Source: Clostridia bacterium (GTDB lineage Bacteria; Bacillota; Clostridia; Christensenellales; CAG-1252). From it: a DNA stretch of 52,074 nucleotides. The notes beneath the pieces are model-generated. The model was not told the DNA's origin and made no database searches. It saw only the letters and a list, made by a program, of their open reading frames with translations. The stretch spans positions 1 to 52,074 of the forward strand of contig JAFTOZ010000113.1 of the NCBI GenBank assembly GCA_017463565.1, given 5' to 3'. The translations under genes and the position numbers were made by a program. This document shows, piece after piece, positions 1 to 7,935 of this stretch (the first letter of the stretch is position 1; every line of letters begins with the position of its first letter).

Positions 1-774
1 GACATGGACGGTACCGTCTACGTGGGTCCTAATCCCATTGAAGGTGCCTTTGAAGCGTTGGAAACTCTGCGCCAAAACGGGCGCAAGGTGTGCTTTTTGA
101 CAAACAATAGTTCCCGCTCGATTGAGCAATATCTGCACCACCTGACACGCTACGGATTTGTGGCGAGCCGTGAGGAAATGTTTTCTTCTACCCTGGCTAC
201 CTGTGGATATCTGCGCCATCATCACGAGGGGGCGCGCGTATATGCGGTGGCTACCGATGAGGTGCGCGAGGAAATGCGTAGAGAAGGGGTGAACGTGTTG
301 GACTATGACCCGACCGACCCCAAGGATTATCCCGACGTGGTGGTGGTGGCGTTTGATACGACCTTGACCTATCAAAAGGTGTATGCCGCTTGCCGTTATA
401 TCCACGCAGGTGCGACCTATATTGCCACCCATCCCGACAATTTCTGCCCGGCGGTAGAGTGTCCTATGCCGGATTTGGGCGGATTTATTGCGCTGATTGA
501 GAAAACAATCGACAAAAAGCCGGACGTGATCGTGGGTAAGCCCTATCTGCCTATGGCAGAAGAGGTTGCTGCACGCTTTGGTTTGGCGCCCGACGAGATT
601 GCCATGGTAGGCGACAGACTGTATACCGATATTCGATTTGCGGTGGATCACGGTATGTGCGGTATTTTGGTATTGACAGGAGAAACCACAAAGGAAATGC
701 TGGCTGATAGCCCCGTCAAACCTACGCTTGTACTGGATACTTTTGCTGACGTTTTGCCTTTGTTGGGATTGTAA
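1..774 (+). CDS. HAD-superfamily subfamily IIA phosphatase (NagD-like), 5' end cut by window edge
   Basis: The frame is open from base 1. The first residues D-M-D-G-T match HAD motif I (DxDGT). LTNNS, GKP and MVGDRLYTDI motifs are typical of HAD-IIA. A hairpin plus T-run follows at 821-846. Confidence 0.8.
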   Translation, partial: DMDGTVYVGPNPIEGAFEALETLRQNGRKVCFLTNNSSRSIEQYLHHLTRYGFVASREEMFSSTLATCGYLRHHHEGARVYAVATDEVREEMRREGVNVLDYDPTDPKDYPDVVVVAFDTTLTYQKVYAACRYIHAGATYIATHPDNFCPAVECPMPDLGGFIALIEKTIDKKPDVIVGKPYLPMAEEVAARFGLAPDEIAMVGDRLYTDIRFAVDHGMCGILVLTGETTKEMLADSPVKPTLVLDTFADVLPLLGL

Positions 775-820
775 TATCTTTTGATATAGAAAAGCAACTG
801 TCCAAATATATGGACAGAAG

Positions 821-846
821 TCCGAGCTAAAATGCTCGGATTTTTG
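821..846 (+). terminator. Rho-independent terminator after the HAD gene
   Basis: Stem TCCGAGC (821-827) / GCTCGGA (834-840) with a 6-nt loop, followed by TTTTT. Confidence 0.7.
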
Positions 847-968
847 CTAAATTTTGCAATTTTTCCCATTTTTACCTTATTTTTGAAAGATGTTTTTTTG
901 AGAGGTAGAGGAAGGAGTATGTGACTCAGTTTCTCCGATTTCTCTATTGCGTTTTCTCTGTTTTGGGG

Positions 969-1000
969 ATAAAAAATCGCCCCATTTTTGTGGGGCGATT
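969..1000 (-). terminator. Rho-independent terminator after the PAP2 gene
   Basis: 10-bp stem AATCGCCCCA / TGGGGCGATT. On the minus strand it is followed by a T-run (the complement of the A-run at 971-976), 40 nt downstream of the stop at 1040. Confidence 0.7.
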
Positions 1001-1039
1001 GATTGTGTTGAGAATGAGGATTCTTCGTTGTCCTCGGGA

Positions 1040-2755
1040 TTATTCGTTGTCCTCGGTGGGAGTGGAGTGGCAACAACAAGAGTGCTCGTCGGGGTTGTCC
1101 TTGTCGTGACAACAACAGGAGCGCTCTTCGGAATTTTCTTCGGAGTGGCAATGGCACTCGTGGTCGTCGTCGTGGCAATGGCACTCGTGATCCTCGGAGT
1201 GGCAACAACAGGAGTGCTCGTCGGGGTTGTCCTTATCGTGGCAACAACAGGAGTGATCTTCGTCATGACAATGGCACTCGTGATCTTCATCATGGCAATG
1301 GCACTCGTGATCTTCGGAGTTGCAGCAACAAGAGTTGTCGTCCTCGTGGCAACGGCAGGCGTGCTCATCAGAGGTGTCTTTGGAGTGGCAACAACAGGAG
1401 TTGTCGTCCTCGTGGCAACGGCAGGCGTGCTCAGCGGGGTTGTCCTTGTCATGACAACAGCAGGAGTGCTCTTCATCATGGCAATGGCACTCGTGGTCTT
1501 CGGAGTGGCAACGACAAGAGTGCTCATCGGGGGTATCCTTGTCGTGACAACAACAGGAGTGCTCTTCATCATGACAATGGCATTCGTGGTCTTCGTCGTG
1601 ACAATGGCACTCGTGGTCTTCGGAGTGGCAGCAACAAGAGTTGTCGTCCTCGTGGCAACAACAGGAGTGCTCGTCAGAGGTGGCCTCGGAGTGGCAGCAG
1701 CAACAGCAGGCCTTGGGTGCTTTGGCAAAGAGGGCCTTGAGGTTGGAGCCACGGCAGACGAAGATTTCGCGCATCATGAGGGCGCCGAGGAAAGCGATAG
1801 TGCCACCGAACAAAACGTCGCTCATATAGTGGGCGCCAACGACGATACGGCTAAGGGCAACCAAACCCGTATAGAGAACGGTGAGGCAATAGAGCAATGC
1901 CTTGACCCAGCGCTTGTTGCACTTGGGAGAAAGGTAAGGCAGGGCAAGCAGGGTGTAGACCATACCTGCGGAGAAGGTGTGACCGCTGGGGAAAGATTTG
2001 CAGTTGTCGCTGGCAAGAACGATATTGAAGGTATCTTCCAACAGGTTGCGTTTGCCGTTGATGACGTACCAGGGGGTGTAGTAGGAGAAATCGCCCAGAT
2101 AGTTCATAGTACGGAAGCGCACACGGCCGATGGGAGATTTGACGAAGTGTACCACGAGGTAGCAAGCCATCGTGCCAACGATGGCAAATACCCACCAAAC
2201 CATACGGCGGTTTGTTTCGGGATTGACACGCTTCCACAAGGCGATGACACCGCAAGCAAGACCCAAGCCTACCACTGCGCAGAGTGCGCTGATATAGGGG
2301 GTGGAAGCAAGCTCTTTGGCTACGTGGACGTATTTGCCGTGGTCCGCAGGATAGAGCTCGGCACCGATGAACTCGGCGGTGTATTTGAACAGATCGTGCA
2401 GAATGAAGTAGCAACCCACGGTAGCGCCGACTACGGCAAGGAGAGCCAACCATTTGAGTTTGTCATTTCTTCTCCAAAAAGCCCAAAAGAGAATGGCACA
2501 GGCTACCACGATCATACCGAACATAGGCGCAGAGCCAATGGCCTCGAAGAATAGACCGAATCCGTTATACGAGATATAGTCACCGTGGTCTTTGCCCAAT
2601 GCCTCGCCCTCCAGGGAATCCTTGGTGAGGATTTGGCTGATGGGAAGATCGTAGTAGGTGGCTACCACCACGAGTGCGGTGAACACCACAGCAAAGATAA
2701 GAATCGCGAGAATGATTTTGAGCCGAGGATTGGGACTCAATGCGGTTTTGATCAT
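1040..2755 (-). CDS. PAP2-family membrane lipid phosphatase with a 222-aa Cys/His/Asp/Glu repeat tail
   Basis: The 571-aa ORF has multiple N-terminal TM segments. PAP2 signature motifs are KSFPSGH and SRIVVGAHYMSDV. The C-terminal tail consists of CCCH/CHCH/CRCH clusters. Confidence 0.85.
   Translation of the reverse strand: MIKTALSPNPRLKIILAILIFAVVFTALVVVATYYDLPISQILTKDSLEGEALGKDHGDYISYNGFGLFFEAIGSAPMFGMIVVACAILFWAFWRRNDKLKWLALLAVVGATVGCYFILHDLFKYTAEFIGAELYPADHGKYVHVAKELASTPYISALCAVVGLGLACGVIALWKRVNPETNRRMVWWVFAIVGTMACYLVVHFVKSPIGRVRFRTMNYLGDFSYYTPWYVINGKRNLLEDTFNIVLASDNCKSFPSGHTFSAGMVYTLLALPYLSPKCNKRWVKALLYCLTVLYTGLVALSRIVVGAHYMSDVLFGGTIAFLGALMMREIFVCRGSNLKALFAKAPKACCCCCHSEATSDEHSCCCHEDDNSCCCHSEDHECHCHDEDHECHCHDEEHSCCCHDKDTPDEHSCRCHSEDHECHCHDEEHSCCCHDKDNPAEHACRCHEDDNSCCCHSKDTSDEHACRCHEDDNSCCCNSEDHECHCHDEDHECHCHDEDHSCCCHDKDNPDEHSCCCHSEDHECHCHDDDHECHCHSEENSEERSCCCHDKDNPDEHSCCCHSTPTEDNE
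1043..1708. repeat. Imperfect in-frame tandem repeats encoding the Cys/His-rich tail
   Basis: The peptide pattern ...SCCCHSEDHECHCHDEDHECHCHDEEHSCCCHDKD(N/T)P(D/A)EH... recurs. The repeat symmetry creates long spurious ORFs in other frames (947..2554 +, 877..1752 -). Confidence 0.85.
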
Positions 2756-2803
2756 AGGTACCTCCTGGGAGCACGCTCCAATTTATGTTGGTGGCAGAGC
2801 CAC

Positions 2804-3649
2804 TTAGTCTATGGGTAGAATCTGCAAGGTGGGCGCCACGCAGCGGAAGGAAAGGGAAAAGGAAGAAAGAGTTCTCTTTTCGCCGTCCATACACCAGTCC
2901 AAGTTTTGTGGAGAGGTGAGGGTGAGGGTGGAAACCTCTTGGAAGAGGATTCGTCCGGTGTGAATGGGGCGCCTTATGCCGAGGAAGAAAATGCGGAAGA
3001 AGGGGAAGAATAGGCGCGCACGGGCAATCAAGCCGTCCTTTCCAAAGGAGCGCACCAGAAGCAGGTGGGCACTTTCTTTGGTGGGGTCGTAGAGACGGTT
3101 GAAAGGGAAGCGGAAGCAAACCCTGCTTTTGATGAGCATAGCAAGGGTGTAGTTGCCCTCGATATGCTTCTCGTCTGCCTCGACGGATAGGGGGAAATCG
3201 TAGGCACGGTAGGCAGACAGTACGCGCCGTACGTATGCCCACGCACCCTGCTTTTGTTTGGCGGCAACGGTGGACGTATAGCCAATGGGGGTAAAGGAGC
3301 CTGTTGCTAACACGTAGGTGAAGATTTCTCCGTTGGATAGCTCGCCCACCACCGGGTCGGCAGAAAGCCTGGTGGGGGTATGGGCACGCTCGTTGAGGGT
3401 GCCGCACGGATAGTATTTGAGAAGAAGGGGCACTTCTTTTGCCCATTGCAGTACGGCACGCAAGGTGCCGTCGCCACCTGCTACCAATACCTCGGTGAAT
3501 GCCGCAGGCAGAAAGCAGGAAAGTTGCTCTACCCCAATGACCGTGGGGTTGGGGTCGGATAAAAAGCGTGCAATGAGTTGGTCAATTTGCACGCTTTTGG
3601 CTCGGCCGCTATTCTCGTTGAATACGACCAGACTGTGGGTCATTACCAC
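2804..3649 (-). CDS. Diacylglycerol/lipid kinase family protein (DAGK catalytic domain, YegS/BmrU-like)
   Basis: GGDGT motif (VLVAGGDGTLRAV) at the expected position. Length ~280 aa. Overlaps the upstream gene's stop by 7 nt. Confidence 0.75.
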   Translation of the reverse strand: MVMTHSLVVFNENSGRAKSVQIDQLIARFLSDPNPTVIGVEQLSCFLPAAFTEVLVAGGDGTLRAVLQWAKEVPLLLKYYPCGTLNERAHTPTRLSADPVVGELSNGEIFTYVLATGSFTPIGYTSTVAAKQKQGAWAYVRRVLSAYRAYDFPLSVEADEKHIEGNYTLAMLIKSRVCFRFPFNRLYDPTKESAHLLLVRSFGKDGLIARARLFFPFFRIFFLGIRRPIHTGRILFQEVSTLTLTSPQNLDWCMDGEKRTLSSFSLSFRCVAPTLQILPID

Positions 3650-4692
3650 TTATTGTGGACACGCTCGGCAAATACCGTGGCATCCTTGAGTTCCACCACG
3701 GTGCCATCGTCCAAGACGGCACGGCCGCTCATACGGCCAAAGACTTGGTGGGGAATCATACAGATCACTTTGAGGTCTACGGGGGCTTGGCGATCGATGA
3801 TGGGGGTGAAGTTCATTTCGAAACGGCCGTCGTTGGAGGTGAACTTCCAGGGTTCCATATAGAGGTACTCACCCTTGGGAGAGCGAGGAATATGGAAGGT
3901 GACCTCGTCCAGCTTGTGTGCCTTGCCGTCGTAGAAAAGCATATTTTCGGTGGCGGCAGAGGTGTCGCCAAAGCCGTAGCCTACGTTGAAGCCAAACAGG
4001 TGGCCGTCGGGCAATTCCACTTGGCCACTACCCCAATACCAGGTGTTGTCGTACGTCCAGACGCCGCGACCCCAATCGAGGGTGGCGAGAGATTTGTTTT
4101 CGCGATTGAAGCGGTAGGTGACCCCATCAAACAGGCACCAACCCTCGGCACGCATGCAGTTGATCTTTTGGTTGTAGTAGAAGTGTTTGTCCTTGTGGAA
4201 GGGGGTGGCGATCACCATACTCTCCTCGGGCGCCTCGGAAAGCACCACGTCGAAAGTGATGGGAGAGCCGGACTTGCCAAAGTTGTCCAATCGGCCGTAG
4301 AGACGGCGAGTGGTGCCGTCGTTGAGGAAGTGCATATCCGCACGGCCTACCTTGGCGTGGACGTCACCCTTTTCGCTCGTCCAGGGCATACCCAGAGAAC
4401 CCAAGGGGAGAGCATCCAACACACCGTCGTTGATCTGGAAGGGATATTCGCCAAAGCCCAACAGAGAGACGTTCAGACTGGTGACGAAACCTGCGTCCGA
4501 GATAGTCAGACACAGACCAAACTCATCGTTGCCTATGTAGTAGTAGTCCCACTCCTTGATACGGATTTTGGGGGCTTTGATGTCGGCACGGTCATACTCC
4601 CACAAAAGACGTTTGGCATAGCCGGGACAGGCAATATTGCCCTCGGCATTGAGTAGACGTTGCTTTTCGATAATTTCTGTTTGCTTAGCCAT
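3643..4692 (-). CDS. DUF2804-like protein
   Basis: The start is trimmed to the ATG at 4692 (MAKQTE...), which is preceded by AAGGAGAA. My recollection of the DUF2804 family comes from the IKEWDYYYI... segment. The longer ORF (to 4788) has an Arg/Gln/His-rich non-protein-like N-terminus. Confidence 0.55.
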   Translation of the reverse strand: MAKQTEIIEKQRLLNAEGNIACPGYAKRLLWEYDRADIKAPKIRIKEWDYYYIGNDEFGLCLTISDAGFVTSLNVSLLGFGEYPFQINDGVLDALPLGSLGMPWTSEKGDVHAKVGRADMHFLNDGTTRRLYGRLDNFGKSGSPITFDVVLSEAPEESMVIATPFHKDKHFYYNQKINCMRAEGWCLFDGVTYRFNRENKSLATLDWGRGVWTYDNTWYWGSGQVELPDGHLFGFNVGYGFGDTSAATENMLFYDGKAHKLDEVTFHIPRSPKGEYLYMEPWKFTSNDGRFEMNFTPIIDRQAPVDLKVICMIPHQVFGRMSGRAVLDDGTVVELKDATVFAERVHNKW

Positions 4693-4724
4693 AGTTTTCT
4701 CCTTGTTCTCTTTTTGCGCTTGTT

Positions 4725-5477
4725 TTAGAAATTGATTTCCCACTTGCCTTTGGCGGTGATGAGAAGTACCACCTTGCCCTCGATCCAACTCGACTTGATA
4801 GGACCGTAGTCCTCGCTATCTATGCTGACCGAGCGGTTGTCGCCCATAATGAAATATTCCTCCGCACCCAGGGTGTAGGCATAGTTACGTGAGCCGTTCC
4901 CCGTGAGTTTGAGACCGCCCGGGTAGTCGTAGAGTTCGGCTCTGGCGTCCAACTCGTTGTTGACGTAGAGTTTGCCCTCGATGAAGGCAACCGTATCGCC
5001 CGGGATCCCCACGACACGCTTGATGACCCGTTTATAGCCGTCTGCTACTGCAGACTCGCCTGCGGAGCCTTGGTTGACGAAAGGCATAGAGCGAATGAAG
5101 TCGGTGAAGGTGACGGGGCGAGAGGCAGGACACTCTGCCTCGTCATTGGCGTACATACCCAACAGCGTGCCGTACTGGGTCACGAGAGAGGAATTGGAAT
5201 AGAATTCCTCGGCGCCCACCGGTACGTAGGTGACGATGACGTCTCCCCTTTTGTATTCCTTGGCGGCCTTGTTGATGAAAACCTTGGCGCCTGCTGCATC
5301 GATGGTGGGCGCCATAGAGTTGCCCACAATCTCGATAGAGGTGAGCAGGTAGGCTTGTATGAGGGCAACCGCAACCAATGCGATGATGACGATGAGGATA
5401 ACCTCTACGATGATCACCATCAGTTTCTTGGGGGTGAAGCCCTCTTCGTGTTTTGATTCTTTGTTCATTATACCCAT
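4725..5477 (-). CDS. lepB: Signal peptidase I
   Basis: One N-terminal TM segment, the catalytic Ser box GNSMAPTI, and the GDNRSVSIDS box. The start is ATG 5477 or ATG 5468, and the latter overlaps the upstream TAA as TAATG. Confidence 0.85.
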   Translation of the reverse strand: MGIMNKESKHEEGFTPKKLMVIIVEVILIVIIALVAVALIQAYLLTSIEIVGNSMAPTIDAAGAKVFINKAAKEYKRGDVIVTYVPVGAEEFYSNSSLVTQYGTLLGMYANDEAECPASRPVTFTDFIRSMPFVNQGSAGESAVADGYKRVIKRVVGIPGDTVAFIEGKLYVNNELDARAELYDYPGGLKLTGNGSRNYAYTLGAEEYFIMGDNRSVSIDSEDYGPIKSSWIEGKVVLLITAKGKWEINF

Positions 5478-7084
5478 AGCATATTGTTGAAGAGCACGCC
5501 CTCGGCGCCTCTGAATTCGATCTTCTTCATACCCTGCCAACCGGTCAAAGGCAACATGACCTCGTCGCGGAAATCGTCGGAGGCCAGACGGACACGCTGC
5601 CACGAGCCGTCTCCTTTGAGGTAGACGGACGCGGTGTAGTCACGGTATTTGCCATCCTCTTCCACGGTGAGCACCACGTCGATGGTGCGCTCGCTGGTGC
5701 AGTAGGCGGAAATCTGCAACTCACCCTCGGCAAGCAATCGGTTGCTCTCGCCAACACAGTAGCTGATCAGTCGACCCTCGTGGGTGCATACGCCTGCGAT
5801 ACCGTCGGGAGCGGTGACGATACCAAACACACGCAGGGAGAGGTTGACTACCTTGGTCTCGGCAAAGAATGCAGGCGGCATGGAGGTATCGTAGAGCAGT
5901 TTGTTGGGGGTCATACGGGCGCGCGGAAGTTCGTCGGGCAGTTGAATGGACACGCAGGGAGAGGAGAGTTGAATCCCTCCTTTGTAGTTGACCTGCGTAT
6001 AGGCAACGATGCTGCGGTCACGAACGCCCACCCGTACGGAAACGGGAGAGCCGTCTCCCACCTTGGTGTGCCAGGAGCGGTACTCGGGATTTTCTTCGTT
6101 GAAGGAATAGTGTACGTAAACGCTCTCTACCTCTTGGGAATCGTCTACCCCGACCGAGAAATGCACCTGTCCGTCCGAAAGGGCATAGCTGAGGGTAGGG
6201 ATATGCGGCAGGGGGGCTTTGCTCTTGTATTGAGATTCTATCCATTGCCACAGGGTATTAACCGACGTCAGAGAAATTTGACGGCGAAGACCGTGGGAAA
6301 TGACGGTGGAACAAAGACCTTCCTCGGGCATAAGGGCAACGAGGTCGTGAATCTTGTCGAAAGAACAGCTGTAGTGGTTGGTGGCGGTGACCACCATCAT
6401 GGGGATATGGGTGCGCCTTGCGTAGGTTTGGGGAGAGAGGGCAATCGCCCACTTCCGTTGGTTTTCCTCTGCCTCGGAGGAAACATCCTCCTCCACAAGA
6501 CCCGTACCAAGTACGCTGACGCCTGCTAGCATTGGAACGTTGGCAACGAGCGGCCATACCACCAAAGAGGAAAGGCGCTCGGCAAAGGCTACCACACGGC
6601 AACGGGGGTAGTACGTCTCCAACAAAGTGACGAAGCGTGCAACGATCTTCGTCCACAAAAAGGTGGGGTTGACGAGCGCAGACGGGGTGGCAAGGTAGAG
6701 ATTGTCCTTGGCCTCCTCCCACCGACCGTAGGAGAAACAACCGCTGTATTGGGTGCTTAGATCCCCAATACCACGCAAATCTACGTAGCCAACCTGGTAG
6801 CCCAAGTCTGCCATAGTAGAGGCCTCGTCGAAGGGGTCGATGTCGCTATCGGGGCTGGGCAGGTAGAGAATAAATTTCTCCCCCTCGTAGTCCTGGGGGG
6901 TGAGAATACGTGCGTAGGCGCGAACGGCACCCTCTGCCTCGGAGAGAGCGTCGAAAAACAGAGAGCGCACCGTGATACCGTATTCCTCGGTGCGTTGCTC
7001 CACGTAGGTGACACCCAAGGGATCCTTGGTGCGGTCAAAATCCTGCCAAAGTTGTGCTGAAGTTAGAAATTTGGATTCGATCAT
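5468..7084 (-). CDS. Hypothetical 538-aa protein (function not assignable from sequence)
   Basis: Long ORF with normal composition, translationally coupled to neighbours. No signal peptide and no catalytic motif that I can name. Confidence 0.6.
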   Translation of the reverse strand: MIESKFLTSAQLWQDFDRTKDPLGVTYVEQRTEEYGITVRSLFFDALSEAEGAVRAYARILTPQDYEGEKFILYLPSPDSDIDPFDEASTMADLGYQVGYVDLRGIGDLSTQYSGCFSYGRWEEAKDNLYLATPSALVNPTFLWTKIVARFVTLLETYYPRCRVVAFAERLSSLVVWPLVANVPMLAGVSVLGTGLVEEDVSSEAEENQRKWAIALSPQTYARRTHIPMMVVTATNHYSCSFDKIHDLVALMPEEGLCSTVISHGLRRQISLTSVNTLWQWIESQYKSKAPLPHIPTLSYALSDGQVHFSVGVDDSQEVESVYVHYSFNEENPEYRSWHTKVGDGSPVSVRVGVRDRSIVAYTQVNYKGGIQLSSPCVSIQLPDELPRARMTPNKLLYDTSMPPAFFAETKVVNLSLRVFGIVTAPDGIAGVCTHEGRLISYCVGESNRLLAEGELQISAYCTSERTIDVVLTVEEDGKYRDYTASVYLKGDGSWQRVRLASDDFRDEVMLPLTGWQGMKKIEFRGAEGVLFNNMLWV

Positions 7085-7096
7085 AGTTCCTTTGCC

Positions 7097-7723
7097 TTAT
7101 AGAATGGCTGATTCGATGGCTTGGTCTGTATGTTTGAGTAAGCCTTTTTCTCTGAGTATGGGGGTCATCATACAGATGGCGGTGCGCAACTCTGTGGGGT
7201 CTACCCCTGCTGCTGAAACGAAGGTACGGCAGAAGGACACCACACGGTCCTGGGGAATCTTGGGCTCGCAGAAGACGGACAACACCGCGTCTGCGACCGT
7301 CTCGCAATAGCTGCCCGTGACCATACAGTCGAAGTCGAAGCCGTAGAGCACCGTCCCTGCTACGATATAGGAGCGCAAGTCTACGTTGGCAACCGTCCAA
7401 CCGTCCAAAAGGGCGGCGGCATCTTTGAGAAGTTTGGCAAGCCCTTTTGCCAACAATCCCACCTTGAAAACGGGACCCGTGGCAAGCTCTTCGTAGAGAG
7501 TTTTGCCCTCCACGTACTCCAACAAAATCTCGTGGTCTGCCATTTGAATGATACGGGGTACACGCAAACCGCCGCGGCGTGCCATATGCAGAGTGCGATA
7601 CTCCATCTCTACCGTACTGCGGTTGAGATACGCCAAGAGAATGTAGGGTTGACCCTGCTTCTCGACCATGATCATCTTGCACTTTTTGTTGCGAACACTA
7701 CTGATTTCCTTGCATCCAAGCAT
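7097..7723 (-). CDS. Small protein-kinase-like fold protein (putative)
   Basis: The start is trimmed to ATG 7723 (MLGCKE...), preceded by AAGGAGGT. The ILLEYVEGKTLYE hinge-like segment and a DLRSYIV ... GFDFD segment resemble small RIO/Bud32/APH-like kinases. This is a weak call. Confidence 0.4.
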   Translation of the reverse strand: MLGCKEISSVRNKKCKMIMVEKQGQPYILLAYLNRSTVEMEYRTLHMARRGGLRVPRIIQMADHEILLEYVEGKTLYEELATGPVFKVGLLAKGLAKLLKDAAALLDGWTVANVDLRSYIVAGTVLYGFDFDCMVTGSYCETVADAVLSVFCEPKIPQDRVVSFCRTFVSAAGVDPTELRTAICMMTPILREKGLLKHTDQAIESAIL

Positions 7724-7840
7724 AGTAACCTCCTTCGGGGGGCGAACGAACGTGGGTACCCACGCGCACCTTGCGCGCTGGGAGTGCACACGTGTATTAT
7801 ACCATATTCAACTACTACTGTCAATAGACAACTCGCACGA

Positions 7841-7876
7841 GAGAAAACCCCCGAATTGATTTATCAATCGGGGGTT
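7841..7876 (-). terminator. Terminator after comEC
   Basis: Stem CCCCCGA(A)TTGAT / ATCAATCGGGGG. On the minus strand it is followed by TTTTCTC. Confidence 0.6.
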
Positions 7877-7935
7877 GGGTGTATCGTTGATATGCCGTAG
7901 GGAAACCGTCAAAAGGTGCTTTTATGGGGCGGGAA

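Noticed and set aside
947-2554. 535-aa plus-strand ORF (and 877..1752 minus, 291 aa) overlapping the PAP2 gene
   Set aside because: Their sequences are monotonous V/A/T/G (or T/A/P) low-complexity runs. They are generated by reading the Cys/His codon repeats in other frames or strands. The PAP2 frame has clear catalytic motifs and TM segments, and the others do not.
5468-7084. Acetyl-xylan-esterase / alpha-beta-hydrolase call for the 538-aa protein
   Set aside because: The N-terminal third is vaguely reminiscent of AXE1-type esterases, but I could not find a GxSxG nucleophile elbow or a catalytic His/Asp context. It is left as hypothetical.
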